From NCBI GenBank assembly GCA_963832165.1, contig CAWHTE010000011.1:608001-672000 (forward strand): 64,000 nt of DNA. Direction: 5' to 3'. The number at the start of each line of letters is the position of its first letter. The first letter of the stretch is position 1. The stretch comes from an uncultured delta proteobacterium (GTDB lineage Bacteria; Myxococcota_A; UBA9160; SMWR01). This document shows positions 27,126 to 36,757 of the stretch, in pieces. The notes under the pieces are model-generated. The model had not been told where the DNA came from and searched no databases. It saw only the letters and a program-made list of their open reading frames with translations. A program made the position numbers and the translations under genes.

Positions 27126-27935
27126 GTGGACTACGAGCGCATCCGCTACGAGGAAGCTCCCTGCTCGGTCTGGATCACGCTCGATCGGCCCGAGCGGCTT
27201 AACCGCATCGACGATCGTACCTGGGCGGAGTTGCTCGGCGCGTTCGCGCGCGCGAACCGCGACGATGCGCGCAGCGTGGTCGTGCTGCGGGGGTCGGGGC
27301 GCGTGTTCAGCGCGGGAGGCGATCTCGGCTCGGACATCGCCGACGCCTCGCAAAGGGGGGACGAAGCATTCCGACTCCGCATGGTGCGCCACATCGAGGA
27401 GCAGTACCCGGCCTTCCGGGCGATCGAACGCTCTCCGAAAACTACAATCGCCGCACTGAACGGCAGCGCCTATGGCGGCGGTGTGGTGCTCGCGGGACTC
27501 TGTGATCTGATCGTCGCGGTGCGAGGAGCGACGCTCTCGTTCGCGGACGCGAAGTGGGGCATCGCCGACACGCCCGGTGCCGCGCGCCTGCCGCGCAAGA
27601 TCGGCAGCGCGCGCGCGCTCGAGGTGCTCGCGAGTGCGCGGGAGCTCACCGCCGAGGAGGCGGCGGGGATCGGCATCGTGCATCGCGTATGCGAACGCGC
27701 CGACTTCGACGCGGCAGTGGTCGCACTCGTCGCAGAAGTGTTGCGCGTGTCACCGCTGGCTCGCCGTCTGACCAAGCGCGCTCTGCAGCGTGCCTTGCCT
27801 GCGCTCACGCCGCGCGAGCAGAGCGAGAGCGCGATCGGACCCGAGGTGCGCGAGGGGATCGCGGCATTTCGCGCGCGCCGCCCTCCCTCGTGGCGACCCG
27901 AGGCGGTCCGGCCTCCGCCGCTCGAGCGCGGCTGA
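27126..27935 (+). CDS. Enoyl-CoA hydratase/isomerase (crotonase) family protein
   Basis: ITLDRPERLN, FSAGGDL, NGSAYGGG...CDL, EGIAAF. Confidence 0.88.
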   Translation: MDYERIRYEEAPCSVWITLDRPERLNRIDDRTWAELLGAFARANRDDARSVVVLRGSGRVFSAGGDLGSDIADASQRGDEAFRLRMVRHIEEQYPAFRAIERSPKTTIAALNGSAYGGGVVLAGLCDLIVAVRGATLSFADAKWGIADTPGAARLPRKIGSARALEVLASARELTAEEAAGIGIVHRVCERADFDAAVVALVAEVLRVSPLARRLTKRALQRALPALTPREQSESAIGPEVREGIAAFRARRPPSWRPEAVRPPPLERG

Positions 27936-27950
27936 CTCCGCCGGCTCGCG

Positions 27951-28985
27951 TCATTCCCGGAAGTGGGGCATCACCTCGCGCGCGAACAGCTCGAGGTGCT
28001 CGTCCATGCGCCGCGTGGGAAACCCGGGCGGAACGGTCCACGAGAAATAACGCTCGACCGGATTCTGCTCCAGGTAGCGGCGCAGTGCCGCGGTCGTCTC
28101 CTCGGGCGTCGCGACCTTGAGCAGACCCGATCGCGCGAGGCTCGCCTCGTCGAACACCTCGGGCAGCAGAGGTTGGCCCGCTTCCGCGAGCCATTGGTTG
28201 TAGGACCGCAGTTGGTAGATCGCATGCGGGGCGAGCGCTCGCCAGGTGCGCGCGGGATCTCTCGACGCGAAGAGCCACATGTGGCCGCCTGCGAGTCGGC
28301 CCGAACCCGGCGCGCGGCCCGCGGCAGCGAGCTCCTCGCGATAGATTCGGATCTGCTCGCGCATCGGGCCGGTTCCAACGTAACCGTCTGCGAGTCGCGC
28401 GGCGCGCCGCGGCCCTGCCGCCGCGAATCCTCCCACCCAGATTGGCGGCCGCGGGTGCTGCACCGGCCGCGGCGTGAGTCTCACGCCGTCGAGGCGATGA
28501 TGCCGGCCGCGGAATCCGAGCGTCTCTCCCTCCCACAGCCGGCGGATGATCTCGAGCGCTTCGTCGGTGCGCGAGCCGCGCTCGCTGCGCGCGACGCCGA
28601 GGCCGTCGAACTCGGCGGGTCGATATCCCACGCCCACGCCGAGCTCGAAGCGGCCGTTCGAGATGATGTCGATCGTGGCGCCGTCCTCGGCGACACGGAT
28701 CGGATGGTGGAGCGGCAGCAGCAGCACGGCCGTTCCGATCCGGATCCGCTCGGTGCGTGCGGCGACCGCGGCTGCGAGCGGCAGGATCGACGGTGCGTGG
28801 CCGTCGTCGCAGAAGTGGTGCTCGGTGAGCCACACGTCGTCGTAGCCGATCTGCTCCGCCCAGCGAATCTGCTCCAGCACGTCGGTGTAGAGCTGCGAAA
28901 ACGGCTGCGCCCATTCGGGCGGGTTGCGCAGCGAGTACCAGAGTCCGAAGCGCAGCCGCGGTCGCGTACCCCTGTCGATGGCCAC
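27951..28985 (-). CDS. LLM-class flavin-dependent oxidoreductase
   Basis: WLTEHHF, RIGTAVLLLPLHHPIRVAEDGA, GRFELGVGVGYR. Confidence 0.9.
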   Translation of the reverse strand: MAIDRGTRPRLRFGLWYSLRNPPEWAQPFSQLYTDVLEQIRWAEQIGYDDVWLTEHHFCDDGHAPSILPLAAAVAARTERIRIGTAVLLLPLHHPIRVAEDGATIDIISNGRFELGVGVGYRPAEFDGLGVARSERGSRTDEALEIIRRLWEGETLGFRGRHHRLDGVRLTPRPVQHPRPPIWVGGFAAAGPRRAARLADGYVGTGPMREQIRIYREELAAAGRAPGSGRLAGGHMWLFASRDPARTWRALAPHAIYQLRSYNQWLAEAGQPLLPEVFDEASLARSGLLKVATPEETTAALRRYLEQNPVERYFSWTVPPGFPTRRMDEHLELFAREVMPHFRE

Positions 28986-28993
28986 TTCTCCGG

Positions 28994-29806
28994 TCAGGCC
29001 AGCGTCGTCGGCGAAGGAATCAGCTCTGAAGGGCTTCCGAGATGTCTCCAACGGGCCCGTCGCTGCTCTAGATGGGCTCGGAGCGCCTCTTCGAAGTCTG
29101 CGCCCACAACGCTCGCCGCATGATCCTCCGACTCGAACGGCGGCAGATCCCGATGGGAGATCTGCTTCATCGCGCGTCGCGCGGCCGGGGAGGTGATCAG
29201 CACATCGGTCACGAAGCCGGCCGTGGCGATGTCGAACTGCTCGCGCGTGCACAGCCGATTCACGAGACCGATGCGCTGCGCTTCCTCCGCGTCGATCGCG
29301 CGCGCGGTGGTGAGGAGATCGGTCGCTCGTGCGAGTCCGACGCGCTGTGGCAGGCGAGCCGCAGACAGCGCGTCGCACAGGCCCCACGTGCCCGCGTCGA
29401 ACGAGAACCGGGCGTCGTGGACCGCAAGCGCGAGGTCGCAGAGCAGGGCGATCGCAAGTGCCTCTCCACAGGCCGGACCGTTGAATGCTGCGATGGTGGT
29501 CTGCGGGCACGTCTCGATCGCTTCGACGACGGCGATCCTCCACGCGCACTGCCGATGCGAGGCGGCCGGCTCGCCGGCGCCGGCCAGCCGGGCGTCGAGC
29601 GCGGGGAATCCGTCGGGACCAAAGTGCGCGCCCGATCCGCGCAGCACGACGACGCTGCGATCCGCGTCCAGACGCGCGCGCACGAACGCTTCGTAGAGTG
29701 CGTCGTAGAGCGCTTCGTCCCAGTAGGCGACGTCCTGGCCGGCGAGCGTGATCCAGATCGCGTGGTCCGTCGTCTGGTAGTGGACCGCGGCTTCGCGCGC
29801 TGCCAT
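28994..29806 (-). CDS. Divergent crotonase-family protein
   Basis: IAAFNGPACGEALAIALLCDL, IDAEEAQRIGLVNR; oxyanion motifs degenerate. Confidence 0.8.
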   Translation of the reverse strand: MAAREAAVHYQTTDHAIWITLAGQDVAYWDEALYDALYEAFVRARLDADRSVVVLRGSGAHFGPDGFPALDARLAGAGEPAASHRQCAWRIAVVEAIETCPQTTIAAFNGPACGEALAIALLCDLALAVHDARFSFDAGTWGLCDALSAARLPQRVGLARATDLLTTARAIDAEEAQRIGLVNRLCTREQFDIATAGFVTDVLITSPAARRAMKQISHRDLPPFESEDHAASVVGADFEEALRAHLEQRRARWRHLGSPSELIPSPTTLA

Positions 29807-29826
29807 GGATGCCGACGTCCTCGCGC

Positions 29827-30636
29827 TCAGACGTGGCGCGCGAACCAGTTGCGCAAGATGGCGATGTACCGCTCGGGATGATCGATCGTGACCGAGTGGC
29901 TCACGCCCTCGATCTCGCCGTACTCCGCGCCCGGCACCGCGGCAGCCAACTGCAGCGCGTGCTTGCGCGGGACGAGCAGGTCGGCGGTTCCCCAGAGCGC
30001 GAGCAGCGGGGCGCGGATCCGGCCCAGCTCCTCGTCGGAGAGCGAGTGGCCGAGATCGACGTCGACCTGGCGCAGGAAGGCCGCCTTGTCGAATCCCGCG
30101 GCCATCGCCTTGCCGATCAGGTCGATCTGCCCGCCGAGCTGCTCGAGCGTCTCGTTGGAGAAGCTCATGAACGCCATCATTTTGAACTGGATCTCCCAGC
30201 CACATGTCTCGACAAGCTCCTTCCAGAACGAGAACTGGCGGCGCAGGTGCTCGTCGACGCGTGCCCAGCACGACGCCGTGCTCAGGGAGATCACGCGGTC
30301 GGGGTGGTTCAGCGCGATCTGGAGGGCGACGCAGCCGCCCAGCGAGAATCCCGCCGTCTGCGCGCGGTCGATGCCGAAGGCGTCGAGCACCGCGATCGCA
30401 TCGTCCGCGATGCGCGCGCTGTCGTAGGGTTCTCTCGCGCGATCCGCCTCGCCGACGTCGCGCGCGTCGAACGTCACGATCCGGTAGCGATCCGAGAGTC
30501 CGGCGACGGTCGGAGCCCACATCGCGCGCGGCATCGTGGTTCCCGCGATCAGCAGCACCGGCGGCCCATCCGGGCGGCCGGCGTCCTCACCGACGATGCG
30601 CAGGCCGTCCGCGGTGGTGATGTCGATGGTGCTCAT
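29827..30636 (-). CDS. Alpha/beta hydrolase
   Basis: GFSLGG nucleophile elbow, GTADLLVP, C-terminal His. Confidence 0.88.
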   Translation of the reverse strand: MSTIDITTADGLRIVGEDAGRPDGPPVLLIAGTTMPRAMWAPTVAGLSDRYRIVTFDARDVGEADRAREPYDSARIADDAIAVLDAFGIDRAQTAGFSLGGCVALQIALNHPDRVISLSTASCWARVDEHLRRQFSFWKELVETCGWEIQFKMMAFMSFSNETLEQLGGQIDLIGKAMAAGFDKAAFLRQVDVDLGHSLSDEELGRIRAPLLALWGTADLLVPRKHALQLAAAVPGAEYGEIEGVSHSVTIDHPERYIAILRNWFARHV

Positions 30637-30666
30637 AAGCTGCTCCTCTCTGCGATCCTCGCGAAA

Positions 30667-31443
30667 TCACAAGATGTCGAGCATGCGGCCGGCGCTCATG
30701 CCGCCGTCGACGACGTGGATCTCGCCGGTGACGAAGCCCGCGTCGTCCGAGGCGAGATAGGCGATCGACCCTGCGATCTCCTCGGGCTTTCCGTTGCGCC
30801 CGAGCGGGTGGACCGTCTTGCCGGTGTCCATCACCTTTGCGCTCATCTCGGGCCCGACCATCGCCTCCACGAAGCGCGTCGCGACGCCGCCCGGGCAGAC
30901 CGCGTTGATGCGCACCTTCGGGGCGAACTCCATCGCCGCCGAGCGCGTCATGGAGACGACGGCGCCCTTGGTCGCCGAATAGATCACGTCCATGGGCGTC
31001 CCGAGCAGCGCTGCCACGGAAGACACGTTCACGATCGCGCCGCCTCCTGCTGCGGCCATCCGCGGCGCTGCGGCTCTCATGCCGTAGAGCACGCCCTTGA
31101 AGTTGATCCCGATCAGACGGTCGATCTCGCTGTCGTCGAGCGCGGCTAGCGGTGCGAAGAAGCCGACGCCGGCATTGTTGACGAGCACGTCGAACCCCGC
31201 GAGCTCGGCGCTTGCGCGTTCGATGAGCGCCTCCACCTCGCTGCGCACCGCGACGTTCGTCGCCACCGCGATCGCGCGTCCTCCGCGCACCTCGATCCCG
31301 GCCGCGACCTCCTTGGCGCGCGACTCGTCGAGATCCGATACCGCGACACGCGCGCCTTCTTCTGCCAGGCGGCGCGCCACGGCGGCGCCGATGCCCGATC
31401 CAGCTCCCGTGACCACAGCCACGCGTCCCGCGAAGCGCTCCAT
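30667..31443 (-). CDS. Short-chain dehydrogenase/reductase
   Basis: TGAGSGIG, NNAG, YSATK, VDGG. Confidence 0.92.
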   Translation of the reverse strand: MERFAGRVAVVTGAGSGIGAAVARRLAEEGARVAVSDLDESRAKEVAAGIEVRGGRAIAVATNVAVRSEVEALIERASAELAGFDVLVNNAGVGFFAPLAALDDSEIDRLIGINFKGVLYGMRAAAPRMAAAGGGAIVNVSSVAALLGTPMDVIYSATKGAVVSMTRSAAMEFAPKVRINAVCPGGVATRFVEAMVGPEMSAKVMDTGKTVHPLGRNGKPEEIAGSIAYLASDDAGFVTGEIHVVDGGMSAGRMLDIL

Positions 31444-31545
31444 CGGAACCTCTGTGCAGCCAGAGCAGCCACCTGCCTGGCTCGACGAATTATGAGACCC
31501 AGCGCACGAAATTACCAGCAACCCGGCGTGCAACGAGGCACCGCG

Positions 31546-32355
31546 TCATCGCAGCGCCTCGGGAAGGACACTGGCGTCCATCTCCCCGAACAGACCCTCG
31601 TCGCGCGCCTCCTTCTCGATCAGGCGGGCGGTCAGCGACTGGATCTGCAGCATGGTACGGGCGTGGTTTCGCAGCTCACGCCGCTCGGACGCCGGCGTGT
31701 TCTCGATCGCGGCGACCAGCCACTCGTGCGACTGCTCGGCCGCTCGCTGCGCGATCGCGCTCACGCGCAGCAGGATGTCCTGGACAGCGGAATGATCGGT
31801 CGCGAAGTCGTGGACTCCCATTCGCGAGCCGTGATTGAAGACCAGACGATCGATCAGGAACTCGGTCCAGGTGCTGTCGGCTGCCAGCGCGCCGAGCAGC
31901 GCCGTGAGCGCGCCGTGGCTCGACGGGCGGTCGTGTACGATGGCGTCGAGCTGCCGGGAGAGCGACGTGACGAGCGCATGGCGGTCGGTGGCGTCCTGGA
32001 TCAGGCTGCCCTTGATCTCGGGATCCGACACTTCGGCCGCCATACGTAGAACTGTGTCACGCGCCGCCCCCTGCAGCTCCTCGATCAGCGAGAGCATGAA
32101 CAGTTCTTCGTCGTTCGCACCGGACAGGTCGCGCGACGGCTCCTGCAGCACGAGCGCTCGGCTGAGGCCCGGTTTGCGACGCAGATAGCCCTTGCGTTCG
32201 AGCGTCTTCAGCATGCGATGCGCGCCGGACGGAGAGCCGAGCTGGCAGTCGTTTGCGAGCTCCTCGGTCGTCGGAGCGAAGCCGTGGTCGCGGATGTGAC
32301 GCCGCAGTTGCGTGAGCACCTCGGCCTGCCGTGGCGTCAACGATCGGGCATTCAC
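31546..32355 (-). CDS. LexA-type winged-helix DNA-binding domain fused to a helical ferritin/PaaC-like domain (alternative start 32391)
   Basis: LTPRQAEVL..IRDHGFAPTTEELA..LGSPSGAHRMLKTLERKGYLRRKPGLSRAL; no Ala-Gly cleavage site or S24 peptidase. Confidence 0.75.
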   Translation of the reverse strand: MNARSLTPRQAEVLTQLRRHIRDHGFAPTTEELANDCQLGSPSGAHRMLKTLERKGYLRRKPGLSRALVLQEPSRDLSGANDEELFMLSLIEELQGAARDTVLRMAAEVSDPEIKGSLIQDATDRHALVTSLSRQLDAIVHDRPSSHGALTALLGALAADSTWTEFLIDRLVFNHGSRMGVHDFATDHSAVQDILLRVSAIAQRAAEQSHEWLVAAIENTPASERRELRNHARTMLQIQSLTARLIEKEARDEGLFGEMDASVLPEALR

Positions 32356-32372
32356 GTCAGCGCGGTTTTGAG

Positions 32373-32402
32373 TTGCAATGCGGGATATCATTTCACTATA
32401 AT
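32373..32402 (+). promoter_or_regulatory. Putative sigma70 promoter for the LLM pair
   Basis: TTGCAA (32373-32378), 18 bp spacer, TATAAT (32397-32402). Confidence 0.65.
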
Positions 32403-32481
32403 ACACCAAAATCGGCCTAGATGTGAAGATTCTTTGCCTTAGGAGCACCGGCGCCGGTCCGGGCAGGGAGGGGCGGGCGCG

Positions 32482-33684
32482 ATGAAGGTGGGACTCTTCT
32501 ACTTCCCTGCGATCGGGAGCGGCGACCCGACCGCGTACGAGCGCCGCAACATCGGGAACGACCCGGATCAGTACGCCTACCTGCTCGAGGATCTCAAGCT
32601 CCAGGCACAGCTCGCAGAGGAGCACGGATTCCACGGCATCTACTTCGCCGAGCACCACTTCGACACGGAGGGCTTCGAGGTCTGCCACAACCCGCTGTTG
32701 TTCGACGCCTGGGTGGCGAGCCACACGAAGCGGATCAAAGTGGGCCAGCTTGGTCTCGTGCTCCCGGCCTGGAATCCGCTTCGACTCGCCGAGGACATTG
32801 CCACGCTCTCCTACGTCTTCCCCGGGCGATTCGAGCTCGGGTTCGCGCGCGGCTTCCAGACGCGCGAGGTCGCGCCGCTCGCAGCGGCGCACCAGGTGGA
32901 GGGTGCGCTCTCCGACCTGGGCGCCGCCGACCAGCGCAACCGCAGGCTGTTCCTCGAACACTACGAGATCCTGATGAAGGCGCTACGCGAGAAGCTCTTC
33001 TGCCATCACGGTGAGTTCAACACGATCCCGCCGAAGGGCCTGTCGTGGACGAACCCGGCCACGCGCAACTTTGGCGGGGGAGTGGATGGGAACGGAATCC
33101 TCACCGAGATCGGAACCGTGCCGCCGCTCGAGGGTGCGATGCCGCAGCGCTGGCAGGCGTTCTCGTTCTCACCCGAGACGATGGAATGGGCTGCCCGCGA
33201 AGGGATGAACCTCGCGATGTTCGAGGTGAAGCCCGAGTTCCAGCGCAAGTACCAGGACGTGTTCATGACCGAGGCCAATAAACACGGCCGCGATCTGCGC
33301 TTCGGTCAGGGAGTCAGCTATACGCGCGGGATGCTGTGCCTCGAGGACGGCGATCGAGCCCGATCGATCGACAAGGCGGCCTGCGACAAGGTGTGGGGCG
33401 AGTGGTTCTCGGGGACTGGCTTCACGAACGCGTTCGCGCGTCCGGGAGATGCGATGCCGCTCCCGTACACCTACGAGATGCTCGCCGAGCGCGGCTTTAA
33501 CTTCGTGGGCAACCCCGACGAGGTCACGCGGCATCTCGAGCAGCTCGTGAAGAACACGAACCTCGAGTACCTGAACCTGCACGTCCAGACGGGCGCGGTG
33601 CCCCGGGAGATCCTGCTCGAATCGATCGACTTGTTCGCCCGCAAGGTGCTGCCCCGCTTCGATTTCGAGCCGCTCGCGGCCTAG
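32482..33684 (+). CDS. LLM-class flavin-dependent oxidoreductase (paralog A)
   Basis: FAEHHFDTEGFE, GQLGLVLPAWNPLRLAEDIA, GFARGFQ. Confidence 0.9.
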   Translation: MKVGLFYFPAIGSGDPTAYERRNIGNDPDQYAYLLEDLKLQAQLAEEHGFHGIYFAEHHFDTEGFEVCHNPLLFDAWVASHTKRIKVGQLGLVLPAWNPLRLAEDIATLSYVFPGRFELGFARGFQTREVAPLAAAHQVEGALSDLGAADQRNRRLFLEHYEILMKALREKLFCHHGEFNTIPPKGLSWTNPATRNFGGGVDGNGILTEIGTVPPLEGAMPQRWQAFSFSPETMEWAAREGMNLAMFEVKPEFQRKYQDVFMTEANKHGRDLRFGQGVSYTRGMLCLEDGDRARSIDKAACDKVWGEWFSGTGFTNAFARPGDAMPLPYTYEMLAERGFNFVGNPDEVTRHLEQLVKNTNLEYLNLHVQTGAVPREILLESIDLFARKVLPRFDFEPLAA

Positions 33685-33712
33685 CAGGTTCGCAGATCCG
33701 GAGGACGATGCC

Positions 33713-34924
33713 TTGAAGTTCAATCTGTTCTACTTCCCGCAGCTTGGGGGCGGGGATCCAACCAGCTATGACCGCAAGATGATCGGGAAGGATCCCGCGC
33801 AGTTCCGCCACCTGTTCGACGACATCAAGTGGCAGGCGCAGATTGCGGACGAGGCCGGCTTCCACGGCTGTTACTTCGCCGAACATCACTTCGACGTGGA
33901 GGGATTCGAGGCGTCTCCGAACCCGCTGTTGTTCGATCTGTTCGTCGGAATCCATACGAAGCGGTTGCGTGTCGGTCAGCTGGGATTCCAGCTCCCGGCC
34001 TGGAATCCGATCCGGCTCGCCGAGGACATCGCGACGATGACCTACTTCCTCGGCGACCGGCTCGAGCTCGGCTTCGTGCGCGGGTTCCAGAGCCGCGAGA
34101 TCGCACCGCTCGCCGCCGCGCACCAGGTCGAAGGCGCCATGTCCGACCGGAGCGTGGCTGACCAGCGCAATCGCCGGCTCTTCCAGGAAAACTACGAGAT
34201 CGTGATGAAGGCCCTGACCGAGGACTTCATCGCCTACGACGGCGAGTTCCACCAGATTCCGCCGCGCGATCTTAGGTGGCTCAATCCGGCCACGCAGAAA
34301 TATGGAGGTGGAGTGGCGGCGGACGGTTCCGTGACACACATCGGTGTGGTTCCGAAGCCCAAGGGTCGAAGGCTCCCGCAGCGCTGGCAGGCGTTCTCGT
34401 TCTCCGAGGAGACGTTGCGCTGGGCCGGCCGCCAGGGCATGAACCTGGCGCTCGGCGAGATCAAACCGCCTCGCATGAAGGAGATCCAGGACCTGTTCCA
34501 GGAGGAATCCGAGAAGGGCGGCCGCAAGCTCGCCTGGGGACAGGGCGTCGGATATCTGCGGCACATGCTGTGCCTGCCCGACGGAGCCGAGGCCCGGCGC
34601 CTCGATGCAGCCGGCTCGGAATACCTCTGGGGTCAGTGGTTCGCGGGCACCGGCTTCACCGAGTTGTTTCGGCTTCCCGAGGACGATCCGAACAAAATGC
34701 TCCCATACTCCTATGATCTCCTGCTCGATCGCGGTTGGTCGTTCGCCGGCGATCCGGACTACGTCACGCGTTGCATCGAGAAGCTGCTCAAGGACAGTCA
34801 CTGCGAGCACATCTTCCTTCAGTCGATGACCGGCGTGATCCCGAGCGATGCGCTGAAGCGATCGACAGAACTGTTCGTCGAGAAAGTCTTGCCGCGCTTC
34901 GACGTGGAGGCTCCCGGAGATTAG
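33713..34924 (+). CDS. LLM-class flavin-dependent oxidoreductase (paralog B)
   Basis: FAEHHFDVEGFE, PAWNPIRLAEDIA; closely similar to paralog A. Confidence 0.9.
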   Translation: MKFNLFYFPQLGGGDPTSYDRKMIGKDPAQFRHLFDDIKWQAQIADEAGFHGCYFAEHHFDVEGFEASPNPLLFDLFVGIHTKRLRVGQLGFQLPAWNPIRLAEDIATMTYFLGDRLELGFVRGFQSREIAPLAAAHQVEGAMSDRSVADQRNRRLFQENYEIVMKALTEDFIAYDGEFHQIPPRDLRWLNPATQKYGGGVAADGSVTHIGVVPKPKGRRLPQRWQAFSFSEETLRWAGRQGMNLALGEIKPPRMKEIQDLFQEESEKGGRKLAWGQGVGYLRHMLCLPDGAEARRLDAAGSEYLWGQWFAGTGFTELFRLPEDDPNKMLPYSYDLLLDRGWSFAGDPDYVTRCIEKLLKDSHCEHIFLQSMTGVIPSDALKRSTELFVEKVLPRFDVEAPGD

Positions 34925-35020
34925 GCGATGGTGCTCGACCGCTTCCTTCGGTTTCGCCGTTATCCTCCCGCTAGAGAGAGGGCGACCCAGGTTCCGCGGG
35001 TCGGCGACCGAGGAGATTGA

Positions 35021-35692
35021 ATGGCCGGTTTCACAGCCCAGTTCCCCCGCGAACCACGCGGCGCGAGGTCTTCCCGGAAGCGCGAGAAGCTCCAGGAGCG
35101 CGGCGGGCGCGGCACCCCCGTATGGGCCGATCTACCGCGGGACGAGGCGATCCTGCGCGCCGCAGCGGAAACCTTCTATCGCTGCGGCTTCGACGGCACG
35201 ACGCTCGACGACATCGCGCGCGACGCGGGAATCGGGAGGACGAGTCTGTACCACTATTTCGATTCGAAGGAGGAGATTTACGAGCGGCTAGTCAACAACG
35301 TGATCGGCTCGTTCGACGTGCAGGAGGAGTTGTCGCGCGACATCCCCGCGGAGGAACGACTGGAGCGCTTGGTCCGAGCCCGCCTCGAACAGACCACCAC
35401 CCACCCGATCGAGGTGGGACTGATCAGCCGTCGGCTGGTGCGGATGGAGGGTTCGGTGGGTGAGTGGGCTCGCCGATTCCGTCGCCGCGAGTTCGATTCC
35501 CTACGCGAGTTGATCATGCAGGGGCAGCGAGATCGCCGGTTCAGGGACGGGGATCCCGACATCATGGCGGCAACGGTCATGGGGCTGATGGTGCAGGTCT
35601 GCGAGTGGTACCGGCCGTCGGGGAGGGTGGACCGCCAAGCGGTGATCGACGAGATGGCTCGGTTCATCGTGCTGGCCGTGCGGGAGCGCTGA
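35021..35692 (+). CDS. TetR/AcrR family regulator (KstR2-like C-terminus)
   Basis: GFDGTTLDDIARDAGIGRTSLYHYFDSKE; WYRPSG. Confidence 0.9.
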   Translation: MAGFTAQFPREPRGARSSRKREKLQERGGRGTPVWADLPRDEAILRAAAETFYRCGFDGTTLDDIARDAGIGRTSLYHYFDSKEEIYERLVNNVIGSFDVQEELSRDIPAEERLERLVRARLEQTTTHPIEVGLISRRLVRMEGSVGEWARRFRRREFDSLRELIMQGQRDRRFRDGDPDIMAATVMGLMVQVCEWYRPSGRVDRQAVIDEMARFIVLAVRER

Positions 35693-35713
35693 CGGCCAGC
35701 CCCCGCTCGTACC

Positions 35714-36748
35714 TCAGGTCCTGCCAGCTCGGATCGGGTGTCCAGCCAGTTTCGGCGCCACCTCGTTCGCGAAGAGCTCGAGGCTCCGCCAACCGAGCTC
35801 GGGGTCGAGCCCCGCCATCAGCGGGCTCAACACGATCGTTCCGTCCGGATCGAGCGACGCGACCAGATCGATGCACGCCTGTGGCGTCAGCACCCTGTAC
35901 ATACCCGAGCTGCGCAACGCATGAGCGTCGCTGATCGGAGCATAGGGGCCGCGCACGCCGGCCTCGTGCATCCAGCGGCCATAGCTGTTCGCCTCGTGGA
36001 GGGCGTGCGGGGCGATGTGCTTCCAGTCGTCTTCGGGATCGAGCGCCACGTGCAGGAAGATCGGCCCCGAGATGAACTCGATGCGCGGCGTGCGGCCCAG
36101 ATTCGCGCACTCCTCGCGGTAGGCGCGCTGCAACTCGGGATCGCGGCCGCCCGGGAAGAAGCCGTCGCCGATCTGCGCCGCGCGGCGCGCGGCGGCCTCG
36201 CTGTTCCCGCCCAGAAACAGCGGCGGACCGGGTCTTTGCAGCGGGCGCGGAGTCACGCGAACCGTTGCGCCGGCGAACTCGAACGGATCGCCGGTCCAGG
36301 CGCTCCGCAGCGCTTCGACGCCTTTGCGCATGAGGCCGGGGCGCTGGCGAGTCTGGCGGCCGAACATCGCGAATTCGGCCTCCCGGTAACCAGCTGCCAA
36401 GACGAGATCGACGCGGCCGCCACTCACGAGATCGAGCACCGCGATGTCCTCGGCGAGGCGCAACGGATGATGAAGGGGAAGAATCAGCGCCGAGAACAAG
36501 AGCCGCATGCGCGACGTGCGGCTCGCGATCCCCGACGCGAGCACGAGCGGCGAAGGGCAGTAGCCGTCCTCCGAACCGTGGTGCTCGTTGAACAAGAACC
36601 AGTCGAAACAACCGCGCTCGTCGGCCCAACTCGCCTGTTCGAGCGCGGCCGCGTAGAGGGTCGCGTCGCCCGCGCCGAATTCGGGTGAGCGCAGGTCGTA
36701 GCGCACCGCGATTTTCGGACCCGCGCCGGCATTGGCGCTTCCAGTCAT
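35714..36748 (-). CDS. LLM-class flavin-dependent oxidoreductase
   Basis: NEHHGSEDGYCPSP, HHPLRLAEDIAVLD. Confidence 0.9.
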   Translation of the reverse strand: MTGSANAGAGPKIAVRYDLRSPEFGAGDATLYAAALEQASWADERGCFDWFLFNEHHGSEDGYCPSPLVLASGIASRTSRMRLLFSALILPLHHPLRLAEDIAVLDLVSGGRVDLVLAAGYREAEFAMFGRQTRQRPGLMRKGVEALRSAWTGDPFEFAGATVRVTPRPLQRPGPPLFLGGNSEAAARRAAQIGDGFFPGGRDPELQRAYREECANLGRTPRIEFISGPIFLHVALDPEDDWKHIAPHALHEANSYGRWMHEAGVRGPYAPISDAHALRSSGMYRVLTPQACIDLVASLDPDGTIVLSPLMAGLDPELGWRSLELFANEVAPKLAGHPIRAGRT

Positions 36749-36757
36749 CGCCGAATT

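Noticed and set aside
31546..32961. Canonical SOS repressor lexA, or the full 471-aa ORF
   Set aside because: No peptidase domain or cleavage site; the first ~190 codons are mostly antisense to the LLM gene and its promoter
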